This document shows, in pieces, positions 38,410 to 48,817 of a stretch of DNA of 55,689 nucleotides. This stretch comes from an uncultured Corynebacterium sp. (GTDB taxonomy: Bacteria > Actinomycetota > Actinomycetes > Actinomycetales > Dermabacteraceae). Under the pieces are notes generated by a model. That model was given only the letters and a program-made list of their open reading frames with translations, made no database searches and had not been told where the DNA came from. How positions within the stretch are numbered: position 1 is the first letter of the stretch; every line of letters starts with the position of its first letter. The position numbers and the translations under genes are program-made. Where the stretch lies: the NCBI GenBank assembly GCA_964535185.1, contig CAZHSL010000001.1, positions 1 through 55,689 of the forward strand, read 5' to 3'.

Positions 38410-39889
38410 CCTGCCCCGTCAGCTGCTCGAGCGGGCGCTCCGTGCCGGCTCGCGGATCGCACGCCCCCTCCCCGGCGGCGTCGGCGGCATGGGAATCTAC
38501 TTCTCGGCGCAGCAGCGGCTCGCGGACGACCCCCACCGCACCGACTGGCACCAGGACGTCGAGGCGATGCTCGCCCTCGCCGACCGCAGCCTCGACCGCG
38601 GCCGGATCGCGGCGAGCCTGCGCTGGTACGACAAGGCGCTGCGCATCTCCTACGACTCCTCGCTGCACCAGGCCGGTGGCTCCCCGCTGGCGGCCGATCC
38701 GGAGGCCTTCCTGCGACCCCTGCGCGGCTCGGAGACCGGCACCCTCATGCTCGACACCCCCGTCCCCGCGGCGAGCGCGCCCCCGCGTCCGGCCCCGAGG
38801 GAAGGCGACGGGGTCCGGACGCGCCTGCTGGTGATCGCCCAGGAGAACTGGACCTTCGTCCGTCCGCTCCTCGACGCGCTGCGCGCGACGGGCCGCTTCG
38901 AGGTGCGGGAGCTGGACGTCGACGGACTCGCCGGAGCGGGCTTCCCGGACCGCGACCGCATCCTGCGCGGCCGCTACGACCTGGTGTCGACCGGACGACG
39001 GATGCCCACCCCGCCCGAGGTGGCGGCGGCCTACGACTGGGCCGATGTGGCGCTGGTGGAGTGGAGCCACCACGTGCTGACCTGGGTGACGCTCCTGGAC
39101 CGTGCGCCGCGCCGGCTGATGGCCCGCCTGCATCGCTTCGAGGCCTTCACCCCGTTCCCCCTGCTGCACGACCACGCTCGCATCGACCGGATGCTGTACG
39201 TCTCCCCACCGGTGTGGAACCTGGTCCGGATCGCCGCGCCCGACTTCGCCGACGTGGACGGGGTGCAGGTGGGGAACCTGCTCGCGCGAGGGCTCGGCCC
39301 GTCGCCCGGGCCGGACCGCGACCGACACCTGCTGGTGCAGGTCGGCTGGCACCGCGAGGTCAAGGACGTGCTGTTCTCGCTCGACGTGCTCGCGCGCCTG
39401 CGTGACCACGACCCCCGCTACCGGCTGCGTCTGATCGGCCAGGGACTCCCGGCCGCCTCAGGGGCCGACGGCTCCTACCGCCGACGGGTGCGCGCACGGC
39501 TGGCGGAGCTCGGTCCCGCGGCGGTCGAGATGCTGGGCCGGCGCGACGACGTACCCGCCCTGCTCGCCGACTCCGGCGTGATCCTCTCCTCCTCGCGCCA
39601 CGAGGGGACCCACGAGTCCGTGATGGAGGGCCTGGCCGCCGGCTGCCCCGCCGTCATCCGCGACTGGCCCGACGCGGCGCCCTACGGCGGTCCCGCCACG
39701 CTCTACGAAGCGGACTGGGTGGTGGCAGACGTCGAGGACGCGGTGCAGCGGGTGCTGGACCTGTCCGAGCCCGAGCGCCACGCCGAGGAGAGCCGACGGG
39801 CGCGACGGTTCGCCCTCGCGCATCGCGACCCCGACGAGCTGGTCGCCGCCTACGAGCGCGCACTGACCGGGGACCCCGCCGCGGCATGA
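38402..39889 (+). CDS. GT-B (GT4-like) glycosyltransferase with extra N-terminal helical region
   Basis: GRRDDVPALL...SSRHEGTHESVMEGLAAGCP (E-x7-E); GTG overlaps the upstream gene end. Confidence 0.78.
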   Translation: MSDLPRQLLERALRAGSRIARPLPGGVGGMGIYFSAQQRLADDPHRTDWHQDVEAMLALADRSLDRGRIAASLRWYDKALRISYDSSLHQAGGSPLAADPEAFLRPLRGSETGTLMLDTPVPAASAPPRPAPREGDGVRTRLLVIAQENWTFVRPLLDALRATGRFEVRELDVDGLAGAGFPDRDRILRGRYDLVSTGRRMPTPPEVAAAYDWADVALVEWSHHVLTWVTLLDRAPRRLMARLHRFEAFTPFPLLHDHARIDRMLYVSPPVWNLVRIAAPDFADVDGVQVGNLLARGLGPSPGPDRDRHLLVQVGWHREVKDVLFSLDVLARLRDHDPRYRLRLIGQGLPAASGADGSYRRRVRARLAELGPAAVEMLGRRDDVPALLADSGVILSSSRHEGTHESVMEGLAAGCPAVIRDWPDAAPYGGPATLYEADWVVADVEDAVQRVLDLSEPERHAEESRRARRFALAHRDPDELVAAYERALTGDPAAA

Positions 39890-39933
39890 GCGTGCCGATC
39901 CTCGTCCACCCCGGGTCGGAGGCGCAGCGATGA
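39886..39933 (+). other. 15-aa mini-ORF MSVPILVHPGSEAQR, ATGA-coupled to both neighbours
   Basis: ATG overlaps the GT stop; TGA overlaps the ATG of the DUF6541-like gene; mostly G/C third positions. Confidence 0.4.
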
Positions 39934-41903
39934 GCTGGCTCCTGCCCGTGCTGTTCGCCTGGCTGCTGCTGGCCCTGCCCGGTCTCCTGCTCCTGCGGGC
40001 CGTCGGGGCCCGGGTGCCCGTGCCGTGGGGCGTCTCCCCGGTGGTCACGGTGCTGCTCGTGGTGGGCCTCAGCGGCGTGTTCCATCTGTTGCGGATCCCC
40101 TGGTCCCTGTGGAGCATGCTCGCGGGGACGGTGATGGTCTGCGCGCTCGCGGTGCTGCTGCGGCGGGCCGCGAGCCGCCGCCGACGGTCCGGTGCGGGCG
40201 GACGCCACCTCATGGAGCTGCCCGGTGACCGCCTCCCGCAGGAGCGGGGCGGCGCGCCCTCGGCCGGTGCCGTGGTCACGGCGGTCGGCGTGCTCGGCGG
40301 TCTCGCGGTGGTCGCCGCGGCCACCCGGAGGATGGGCGGGATCTCGACCCTCAACGGCAGCTACGACTCCTTCTTCCACCTCTCGGTGATCGCGACCATC
40401 CGCGACGGCGGCGACGCCTTCCTCACCACCGCGCTGGTGGACATCTACGGCACCCCGACCTACTACCCGGTCGTCTTCGACGCTCTCGCCGCGCTGCTGC
40501 CCATGGGGACGATCCCCGCCGCGAACGCGCTCCTGCTCGCGCTGCTGGCGGCCGGTCCCTCGGCCGTCGGAGCGATGGTCATGGCGCTCGGCCCGTCCGG
40601 TCGCGCCGGGGCGGTCCCGGCGGCGCTGGCGACCGCCGCCTCCACACTCTTCCTCAGCACCCCGGCGATGGGGCTGGTGATGGGACTCTGGCCGATCGTG
40701 CTCGGCGCCCTCTGCCTGCCCGTCGCGATCGCCGCCGTGCTCCGCCTGCTGGACGGCCGTCCCGGCACCCTCACCCCGGCGGCCGTCGCCGGGTACGGCG
40801 CGCTGGTCCTCGGCACCGCCCTGGCCCATCCCTCGATGCTGTTCTCCGCCGCAGTGGTCGCAGGGCTGCGGGTGCTGGTGGGCGGTCTGCATCGGATCGC
40901 CGAGGACCGCCGTCGCAGCGGAGGGATCCAGGTGGGGGTCGCCGCGGCCGCGGCGGGGATGTTCGTGCTGGTCTCCGGGACGCTGCTGGGCGGGATGGAC
41001 CTGACCCGGCCCTCCCAGCAGGGGCCCGGCGAGGTGCTGCGGGAGATCCTCGTGGACTCGCCCCGCATCCCGGCGATCGAAGCGCCGCTCTGGCCGGTCG
41101 CGATGGTCTGGCTGCTCGCCGTCCTCGGCGCCGCGGCCTCGCTCCGCGGCCGCGAGGTGGTCGGGACCACCGCCGCCGCCGGGGTGCTCACCGCGGTCGT
41201 CCTGGGGATGGCCACACAGAGCGCTTCGCCGCTCGCGGTCGCCCTGATCAACCCCTGGTACGGGGCCCGCGAACGGATCGCCCCGCTGATGACCTGCCTG
41301 CTGCTGGTCCTCCTCGCGCGGGGGATGCGCGCGCTGATCGAGTCGGGGCGGCGCAGCACCCGACCGGTGGCGGCTCCGGCGGCGGCGCTGCTAGTGCTGG
41401 TGAGCGTCGTCGCCGGAGTGCTCGCACCTGCCCGGCTGCTGCTGACCGGCTCGCTTGCCTACACGGCCTACGGCGTGCAGCTGTCCCCGTACGTCCCGCC
41501 GGTCGAGCGCGCCTTCATCGAACGCACCGCCGCCGAGCTGCCCGAGGACGCGGTGGTGCTCGCCGACCCCCTCGACGGAGCACCGCTCTACTGGTCGGTG
41601 GGAGGGGTGCAGACCGTGTTCCCGACCATGTCCAGACCGCTGACGGCGCAGAGCGCCCTGCTCGCGCGGTACGCCCCGCGGGTCGACGACCCGGGGGCGA
41701 ACGCTTACGCGGAGATCTGCGCGGCGGTGGAGAGCATCGGCCCCACGCACCTGTACCGCGACAGCTCCGCCCACAACGGACGGGCGATGAACCCCGAGGT
41801 CTCCGCGCGGTGGAGTGGCGTCCACGACATCCCCCGGCACCGGCTCGCGCTCGTCGCCGAGGATGGACCGTACGCTCTGTACGAGCTGGATCTCGCCTGC
41901 TGA
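39930..41903 (+). CDS. DUF6541-like multi-TM protein, putative GT-C glycosyltransferase (copy 1)
   Basis: Many TM segments, YDSFFH, TYYP, AHP, WY..RERI, soluble C-domain VLADPLDG. Confidence 0.7.
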   Translation: MSWLLPVLFAWLLLALPGLLLLRAVGARVPVPWGVSPVVTVLLVVGLSGVFHLLRIPWSLWSMLAGTVMVCALAVLLRRAASRRRRSGAGGRHLMELPGDRLPQERGGAPSAGAVVTAVGVLGGLAVVAAATRRMGGISTLNGSYDSFFHLSVIATIRDGGDAFLTTALVDIYGTPTYYPVVFDALAALLPMGTIPAANALLLALLAAGPSAVGAMVMALGPSGRAGAVPAALATAASTLFLSTPAMGLVMGLWPIVLGALCLPVAIAAVLRLLDGRPGTLTPAAVAGYGALVLGTALAHPSMLFSAAVVAGLRVLVGGLHRIAEDRRRSGGIQVGVAAAAAGMFVLVSGTLLGGMDLTRPSQQGPGEVLREILVDSPRIPAIEAPLWPVAMVWLLAVLGAAASLRGREVVGTTAAAGVLTAVVLGMATQSASPLAVALINPWYGARERIAPLMTCLLLVLLARGMRALIESGRRSTRPVAAPAAALLVLVSVVAGVLAPARLLLTGSLAYTAYGVQLSPYVPPVERAFIERTAAELPEDAVVLADPLDGAPLYWSVGGVQTVFPTMSRPLTAQSALLARYAPRVDDPGANAYAEICAAVESIGPTHLYRDSSAHNGRAMNPEVSARWSGVHDIPRHRLALVAEDGPYALYELDLAC

Positions 41904-41973
41904 GCGGATCCCGTCCGCACGGGTGTCGGGAACCGCACCGAGCGCGGACATCGACCAACGAGGAGAACACCAC

Positions 41974-43866
41974 GTGAAGCAGACCATCCGGATCGTCCGA
42001 CGCACCCTGTCGGTCCTGCCCCGGGACTCCCGGCGCTTCCTGGTGACGTTCGGGATCGTCATGAGCGTGCTGGCCCTGCTGGACGTCGTCGCCCTCGGCG
42101 CGATCGCGCTGGTGATCCCGGCGCTCATGTCCCCGGGGACCGAGGTCACCATCCCCCTCGTCGGCTGGCGGCTGCAGACCTTCGAGGAGATGATGGTGAT
42201 GGTGGCGGCCTTCGTCGGGCTGATCATCATCAAGAGCTTCCTCAACCTGCTCACGATCCGGATCGCGACTCAGCGCTTCGCCCAGCACGAGGTCGCCATC
42301 GGGCAGCAGCTGTTCCGCTCCTACATGTCCGCCTCCTGGGTGGACCGCACCTCGAAGTCGACCCAGGAGATCATCCGGATGGTCGACTCCGGGGTGGCGG
42401 CCGTGGTGGCGAACGTGCTCATGCCCTCGATGACCGTGGTCGCGGAGTTCGCGACGATCTCCGTGATCAGCATCGGCCTGGTGATCCTGGACTGGAAGAT
42501 CGCGCTGGCGACCTTCGCCTACCTCGGCATGATCGCGCTGATCCTCTCCCGCGTGGTCACCCCGAGAGCCGTCGCGAACGGGGCCAGCAACCGCGACAAC
42601 TCGCTGCGGGTGGTGCGCCTGCTGGGCGAGGTCCTCGCCTCCCTCAAGGAGCTGACGCTCAAGGGCAACGAGGGCGAGGTCGCCGACATCGTCGCCGAGC
42701 GGCGCGCGACCGCATCGCGCACCCGCGCCTTCGCGCAGTACTACAACCAGATGCCGCGGTTCGTCCTGGACGCCGGGATGGTCGGCGGCTTCGTGGTGGT
42801 CGGCGGCGTCGGCTATCTCTCGGGCCTGCCCGACGACGCCCCCACCACCGCGATGACCTCCGTCGCGCTCTTCGCGGTGGCCGGATTCCGACTGGTGCCC
42901 TCGCTGACCCGGTTCCAATCCACCCAGAACCGCATCCTGACCAATGCGGCCTTCGCCGACTACATCATCGACGACATCGAGTTCGCCCGGGAGGCCGTCG
43001 CTCGGCAGGAGGAGCCCGACAGCGGGACCCTCGCAGCGGGGCTGCACGACATCGTGCTCGAGGACGTCGCCTTCACCTACCCGGGCCGGCAGGAGCCCGC
43101 GGTCGACGGCGTGTCCCTGCGCATCCCGGCCGGCTCGTCCGTCGCCGTCGTCGGCACCTCCGGGGCCGGCAAGTCGACGCTGGTGGACCTGCTGCTGGGG
43201 CTGCTCACCCCGAGCTCGGGACGGATCCTCATCGGTGGCACCGATATGACCACGGTGCTGCGGCAGTGGCGCTCCTCGGTGGGCTACGTGCCCCAGGAGG
43301 TCGCGCTGTTCGACGTCTCCGTCGGCGAGAACGTGGCGCTGACCTGGGATCCCGATCAGGTCGACGAACAGGCGGTGCGCACCGCCCTGGCCCGCGCCCA
43401 GCTGCTGGAGGTGATCGAGGCGCGCCCGGACGGCATCCACGGACGACTCGGCGAGCGGGGAGCCACCCTCTCCGGCGGACAGCGACAGCGCATGGGCATC
43501 GCGCGCGGGATGTACGCCGAGCCCTCGGTGCTCGTGCTCGACGAGGCCACCAGCGCCCTGGACACCAAGACCGAGGCGGCCGTGACTGACGCGATCCGCG
43601 ACCTCGGCTCGGACGTCACCACCATCACCATCGCCCACCGCCTGGCGACCATCCAGCACAGCGACATCGTGTTCTACATGTCCGAGGGATCGGTCCGCGC
43701 CGCCGGCACCTTCGACGAGGTCGTGGCCGCCGTGCCCGCCTTCGCGGAGCAGGCCGCGCTCGCCGGGCTCACGGGGGACGCGGGATTCGCGCAGGACGCG
43801 GGGAGCCTCGGGTCGACGGTGACGGACCCCTCACCGCAGCAGCGCCCGAGCGGGGAGGACGCCTGA
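41974..43866 (+). CDS. ABC exporter (TMD+NBD), PglK/Wzk-like putative glycan flippase
   Basis: AGFRLVPS, GTSGAGKST, LSGGQRQR, LDEATSALD, IAHRL; AGGAG RBS; inside glycan locus. Confidence 0.82.
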   Translation: MKQTIRIVRRTLSVLPRDSRRFLVTFGIVMSVLALLDVVALGAIALVIPALMSPGTEVTIPLVGWRLQTFEEMMVMVAAFVGLIIIKSFLNLLTIRIATQRFAQHEVAIGQQLFRSYMSASWVDRTSKSTQEIIRMVDSGVAAVVANVLMPSMTVVAEFATISVISIGLVILDWKIALATFAYLGMIALILSRVVTPRAVANGASNRDNSLRVVRLLGEVLASLKELTLKGNEGEVADIVAERRATASRTRAFAQYYNQMPRFVLDAGMVGGFVVVGGVGYLSGLPDDAPTTAMTSVALFAVAGFRLVPSLTRFQSTQNRILTNAAFADYIIDDIEFAREAVARQEEPDSGTLAAGLHDIVLEDVAFTYPGRQEPAVDGVSLRIPAGSSVAVVGTSGAGKSTLVDLLLGLLTPSSGRILIGGTDMTTVLRQWRSSVGYVPQEVALFDVSVGENVALTWDPDQVDEQAVRTALARAQLLEVIEARPDGIHGRLGERGATLSGGQRQRMGIARGMYAEPSVLVLDEATSALDTKTEAAVTDAIRDLGSDVTTITIAHRLATIQHSDIVFYMSEGSVRAAGTFDEVVAAVPAFAEQAALAGLTGDAGFAQDAGSLGSTVTDPSPQQRPSGEDA

Positions 43867-44960
43867 TGCCGACCATGCTGTTCCACGCCCCGTATCCCCT
43901 CCACGGCCGGCAGACGGGCTCCGGGGTGCGCCCCGGGAAGATGCGCCGGGCCTTCGAGGACGCGGGCTTCGACGTCGTCGAGGTCGCCGGGCACGGGCAG
44001 GAGCGCGTCCGCGCGCTGCGTCGGCTCCGCCGGGACCTGCGCCGCGGCCTGCGGCTCGACTTCGCCTATGCGGAGAACTCGACCATGCCCACCCTCCTCA
44101 CGCAGCCCCATCATCTGCCCACGCACCCCGCCGTGGACCTGATGCTGCTGCGTCTGCTGCGGCGGCACCGGGTCCCGACGGGATTGTTCTACCGCGACGT
44201 CTACTGGCGGTTCCCCGCCTATACGGCCGATGTCGGCCGCCTGTTCGCGACCGGGACGAAGACCCTGTACCACGCCGAGCTGCTGGCGTACCGCGCCCTC
44301 GACCGGGTCTACCTCCCCTCGACCAAGATGGCCTCCTTCGTCCCCTGGATCACGCCCGAGCAGGTCGATCAGCTGCCCCCGGGGGCGGCGGTGCACGACA
44401 GCCGTCGGGACCAGGACGGTGAGCTGACCCTCCTGTACGTCGGCAACGTGTCCGACTACTACCGCATGCACGAGCTGTTCCGCGCCGTCGACGCCGCCGA
44501 CGGGGTGAGACTGCTGTTCTGCACGCCGCGCGAGTCCTGGGAGGCCGTGCAGCAGGACTACCCGCTGGGGGACTCGGGACGGATCGAGATCCACCATGCC
44601 CGGGGCGAGGCGCTGCTGCCACTGTTCGCCCGGGCGCATCTCACCCTGCTCACGGTCGAGCCCGCCCCGTACCGCGACTTCGCGGCGCCGGTGAAGCTGT
44701 TCGAGTACATCGGTCACGGCAAACCGGTCCTCGCCACGGAGGGAACCCATGCCGGGGAGCTCGTGCAGAGCATCGGCGCAGGGCGCCAGGTGGCCTATTC
44801 GGCCCCCGCCATCGCCGGACTCCTCACCGAGCTGCGGGACGACCGGGAGGCGCTCGTCGAGATGACGGATCGGGTCGAGCAGGTCCGCCACGGGCACACC
44901 TGGCAGGCTCGCGCCGAACAGGTCGCCGCGGATCTCGGCGCGGTGGTGTCCGGGAGCTGA
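43866..44960 (+). CDS. GT-B glycosyltransferase
   Basis: FYRDVYW, LYVG, AAPVKLFEYIGHGKPVL; TGATG overlap with the ABC gene. Confidence 0.82.
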   Translation: MPTMLFHAPYPLHGRQTGSGVRPGKMRRAFEDAGFDVVEVAGHGQERVRALRRLRRDLRRGLRLDFAYAENSTMPTLLTQPHHLPTHPAVDLMLLRLLRRHRVPTGLFYRDVYWRFPAYTADVGRLFATGTKTLYHAELLAYRALDRVYLPSTKMASFVPWITPEQVDQLPPGAAVHDSRRDQDGELTLLYVGNVSDYYRMHELFRAVDAADGVRLLFCTPRESWEAVQQDYPLGDSGRIEIHHARGEALLPLFARAHLTLLTVEPAPYRDFAAPVKLFEYIGHGKPVLATEGTHAGELVQSIGAGRQVAYSAPAIAGLLTELRDDREALVEMTDRVEQVRHGHTWQARAEQVAADLGAVVSGS

Positions 44961-44979
44961 TCCGGACCGGGCGGACGCG

Positions 44980-47280
44980 TCAGTCGGTGCGGCCGTGCCC
45001 GCTGCGCTCCGCGAGGGCGCGCACCGCTGTCTCCCAGGCGGTGCTCTGCTGCTCGGCGGACAGCTCCCGGGCGTGACGGTCGCTGCTCGCCTTCGCGGCG
45101 CGCACCGCGTCGACGTCGAGCGCACGCAGCGTCCGGGCCAGGTCCGCGGCGTCGAACCCCGCGGTGACGGCACCGAGGTCGTGATCGGCGACGAGGTCCC
45201 GCATCTCCGGCGTGGGGGAGACCACCAGGGCCAGGCGGGCCTGCACGAAGTCGAACACCTTGTTCGGCAGGGCGTTGGCGAGGTTGAAGGTGGTGGGCGG
45301 GCAGACGAACACGCCGACGTCGTAGCCGTTGAGCACTGCGTGCAGCTCGCCGTACGGGACGGCGTCGTGGACCCGCACGCGTCCCTCGGGGAGCTGGGCG
45401 GCCTGCTCGCGCAGACGGTCCACGTACCCGGGATCGCTGGGCACGAGGTACAGATCCAGCGTCGCGTCGAGATCGGCCTCGCCCATCGCGGTGATCATCA
45501 GGTCCAGCCGCCGCGACGGCATCGCCCCTCCGGAGTGCACGATCCGCAGCGGTCGCCCGGTCCGCGAGGGGGTCAGCTCCTGGTAGGGGGCGGCATTGGT
45601 GACGACCTCGGCCCGGATCCCGAACTCCCGCAGGTACTCGGCGGCCAGACCCCGGCCGACCGTGGTCACCGAGTCGGCGCGGGTGACGTAGGTGCGGCAG
45701 ATCCATCGCAGGTACGGGGCGACCACCAGGCGCCAGTCGAGGCGGTCCTCCTTCTGCCGCGGGGCGTACTCGTGCAGATCGGCGTGCACGCCGCCGCGCG
45801 GTGCCAGGGAGAGAGCGAGCGGGACGGTGTCGACGTCGTCGGCGAGGACCACATCGGTGCGGGGAAGGCCCTGTGCCGCGACCCAGGCCACGACCTCCTG
45901 CTCCCAGTACACCCGGCGGTAGCGGCGCGCGAGCACCAGCGGTTTGTCGAGCCGCCACTGCTTGAGCTCCTCGGGGATGCGCAGATGCCAGGTCGACCCC
46001 TCGGGGGCCGGTCCGTAACCGCAGGTGAGCACCTGGTACTCGGTCGAGAGCATCCGCACCTGCTTGAGCACCCGGGCATCGCGGGAGATGTCCGAGAAGC
46101 TCATCACCAGCAGCGAGGGACGGGGATCGGTCCTGCCGTCGGCGGGCGCAGTCCCCTCGACGACGGGCCGGACGGGGAGGTCGGCGTCGCCGGCGCGGGT
46201 GAGACGGTGGACCCTGGCGTACCCCTCGCCGACGGTGCTCGAGGAGAACGCATCCCCGATGGTGTCGGCGATCCGCTGGGCGTCCAGCGAGCGGGTGCGC
46301 GCATCGACGTCCCGGATCGCGGCTGCGTAGGCGGCCGCATCCTGCACCTCGACCAGTGCGCCGACCTCCTCGCGCACGTACTCGCCCTGCCCACCGGTGG
46401 CACCGAGCACGACCGGGCGGCCGGAGACGATCGCCTCGGCCGCGGAGACGAAGAAGTTGTCGGCCCGGGTGGGACCGAAGAAGAGGTCGGAGCGGGCCAG
46501 CGCCGCCCGGACCCCGGCGCCGTCCACGGTGCCCGGCAGCTCCAACCGCTCGGCGACCCCGAGCTGCTGGGCGCGCGCCAGGGTCTCCTCGCGCAGCGGT
46601 CCGTCCCCGAGCCACTCCAGCCGGGCGTCCACCCCGTCCTCGACGAGTCGAGCCAGCGTCTCGACCGCTATGAGCGGATCCTTGCGGGGGATCAGACCCC
46701 CGGTGGAGACCAGGCGCAGGGTCCCGTCGGCGCGGTTGCGGCGCGGCGTGACCGGGCCCGGCTCGACGATGCACGGCACCACGTCGGTGGGGCGGTCCCC
46801 GCGCACGGCGCGGAGCGGACGCGCGAGGAACTCGCAGACGGCAGTGACCCGGTCGGGCATCCTCAGCAGCTGCGACAGTGCGGGCAGGCCGAGCCGTGCG
46901 AGCGCGGGGAGGGTCTCGGGCGTGGTCAGCGCGGACCAGTGCTCGGTGTGCACCCAGGGACAGCGCGGGCGGTGCACGGCCAGGGGGAGCAGTGCCGAGA
47001 ACGCCATCGAGTGGACGAGCCCGGCACCGCGGAGCGCCCGCCGCAGCTGCCCGGCGGCCCGGAGCACCTGGTCCGGGCGCCGAGGATCCATCGGGATGCG
47101 CAGCACATCGATGCCCTCGTGGACCAGGCGACGCGTCCCGTCGTCATCGCGCGGGGGCACGAGGTGGACCAGTCTCACGTCCTCGTGCAGGGCGAGCGCA
47201 TGCGTGTCGCGGACCACGAAGGATCCCCGCGACGGAGCCACGGCGGTGGGGAACCAGGTGGTGACCACGACGACGCTCAT
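44980..47280 (-). CDS. two-domain (tandem GT-B) glycosyltransferase
   Basis: Domain 1: HTEHWS, DNFFVSAAEAIVSGRPV; domain 2: DARVLKQ, DLHEY, ALPNKVFDFVQARL. Confidence 0.82.
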   Translation of the reverse strand: MSVVVVTTWFPTAVAPSRGSFVVRDTHALALHEDVRLVHLVPPRDDDGTRRLVHEGIDVLRIPMDPRRPDQVLRAAGQLRRALRGAGLVHSMAFSALLPLAVHRPRCPWVHTEHWSALTTPETLPALARLGLPALSQLLRMPDRVTAVCEFLARPLRAVRGDRPTDVVPCIVEPGPVTPRRNRADGTLRLVSTGGLIPRKDPLIAVETLARLVEDGVDARLEWLGDGPLREETLARAQQLGVAERLELPGTVDGAGVRAALARSDLFFGPTRADNFFVSAAEAIVSGRPVVLGATGGQGEYVREEVGALVEVQDAAAYAAAIRDVDARTRSLDAQRIADTIGDAFSSSTVGEGYARVHRLTRAGDADLPVRPVVEGTAPADGRTDPRPSLLVMSFSDISRDARVLKQVRMLSTEYQVLTCGYGPAPEGSTWHLRIPEELKQWRLDKPLVLARRYRRVYWEQEVVAWVAAQGLPRTDVVLADDVDTVPLALSLAPRGGVHADLHEYAPRQKEDRLDWRLVVAPYLRWICRTYVTRADSVTTVGRGLAAEYLREFGIRAEVVTNAAPYQELTPSRTGRPLRIVHSGGAMPSRRLDLMITAMGEADLDATLDLYLVPSDPGYVDRLREQAAQLPEGRVRVHDAVPYGELHAVLNGYDVGVFVCPPTTFNLANALPNKVFDFVQARLALVVSPTPEMRDLVADHDLGAVTAGFDAADLARTLRALDVDAVRAAKASSDRHARELSAEQQSTAWETAVRALAERSGHGRTD

Positions 47281-48650
47281 CGGTCACCCCCGCCGAGTCC
47301 GGCCAGCACCCGGCGGTACATGGAGATCATCTCGTCGATCTCCCGCTCCCAGGTCAGGCGGGGAGCCGCGGCCACGGCACGTTCCCGATACGCCTCGGGG
47401 GCGTCGAGGATCGCGCGCAGGGCGTTGGCGAGATCCTCGGGGCTCGCGCCGCGGAACACCTCGCCGACCCCGAGGTCCTCGACCACCTCGCTCATGTCGG
47501 GGAGGTCCGCTGCGGCGATCGGGAGACCGGCCCGGATGGACTCGAACAGCTTGTTGGGCAGCGCGAAGCGATAGGACAGGCAGATCGGGCGGACGTGGAC
47601 GACCGCGACGTCGCCGTCCGCGAGGGCGCGGGAGACCTCGTCCGGCGGGACGGCGCCGACCAGGTGGACCCGGTGCTCGACGCCGAGGTCGCGGGCCCGT
47701 GCCCGCACGTCCTCCAGCGCCGACTCCTCGCCGTACCCGAGCAGCACGAAGTGGATGTGGTCGTCCAGGTGGGGCAGCGCCTCCAGGGTCTCCTCGATGC
47801 CGCGCGCCGTCGTGATCCGCCCGCCGTAGGCGATGACCCGGTCCTGCGGGCCGAGCCCGGCGCGCTCGCGGAGCACCCCCGTGCGCCGATCGGGAGCGCC
47901 GTCGGCCACCGGGATGTTGCGCACCAGCAGCGGTTTCTCGGCCAGGCGGTACGTCCGGGTCAGCCACTCGGCGATCGACGGGGAGACGGTGAGCACCCCG
48001 TCGGCCTGACGGATGCCGATGATCTCGGTGAGGTGTTCGACCAGCGGCGCCAGCAGGCGGTCCTGTCGTACGTTGCGGTGCCGCCACAGCTCGTGGGAGT
48101 CGTAGACGATGCCCACCGGGGTGCGGGAGAGCGCGCGGATCGCCAGGGCCGGGACCAGCGTGTTGGCGTCGTTGGCGTGGACGACGTCGGGTGCGAACCG
48201 CACACCGGCGCGGGTCGCGTTCACCCAGTACGTGCCCTGCGCCAGCGTGCGATAGGCGCGCTCCCCGACCGAGCGCAGGCCCTGCAGCAGACGGGTGCGC
48301 ACGCGCGTCATGCCGTCCGCCGGCACCGCCAGCGACCCCGGCCGGGGGGCCGCCCCCTCCCCGGGGCCCCCTCCGGCGCCCTCGCGGATCAGCCCTCTCC
48401 ACCACGGGACGAGCGCCGGCAGGAGCCGCTCGATCGCGAACTCGGGGACCCTTTCCAGCACCCGGCCGTCCGGCAGCGGGGCGGCGCCGGCCGTGCGTCC
48501 GAGCTCGCGCCGCTCCACGGCGATGATCCGGACGTCATAGCCCTCCGCCCGGAGGGACGCGGATTCCTTGTGCACCCGGGAGTCGTTGGCGCAGTCGTTG
48601 TACACGAGCACGGCGATCCGGGGGGCCGTCGCGTGTGGGTCTGCCGTCAT
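47277..48650 (-). CDS. GT4-like glycosyltransferase
   Basis: DSRVHKE, HAND, YDSHE, ALPNKLFESIRAGLP; ATGA-coupled to the next gene. Confidence 0.85.
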   Translation of the reverse strand: MTADPHATAPRIAVLVYNDCANDSRVHKESASLRAEGYDVRIIAVERRELGRTAGAAPLPDGRVLERVPEFAIERLLPALVPWWRGLIREGAGGGPGEGAAPRPGSLAVPADGMTRVRTRLLQGLRSVGERAYRTLAQGTYWVNATRAGVRFAPDVVHANDANTLVPALAIRALSRTPVGIVYDSHELWRHRNVRQDRLLAPLVEHLTEIIGIRQADGVLTVSPSIAEWLTRTYRLAEKPLLVRNIPVADGAPDRRTGVLRERAGLGPQDRVIAYGGRITTARGIEETLEALPHLDDHIHFVLLGYGEESALEDVRARARDLGVEHRVHLVGAVPPDEVSRALADGDVAVVHVRPICLSYRFALPNKLFESIRAGLPIAAADLPDMSEVVEDLGVGEVFRGASPEDLANALRAILDAPEAYRERAVAAAPRLTWEREIDEMISMYRRVLAGLGGGDR

Positions 48651-48817
48651 GCAAGTTCCGTTCTCGAACTGTCCGCGGACGTGGTCCGCGCGGTCCTCGG
48701 CCGTGTCGTGATGCGCCGAGCGCCGCCGGCCGTTGGCTATCGTGGAGCAGGCCCACCATACCGTCGAGCCGGTCCCGCCCGGCCGGGCCCCACCGGTGTC
48801 GAGAGGAAGAGACCTCC

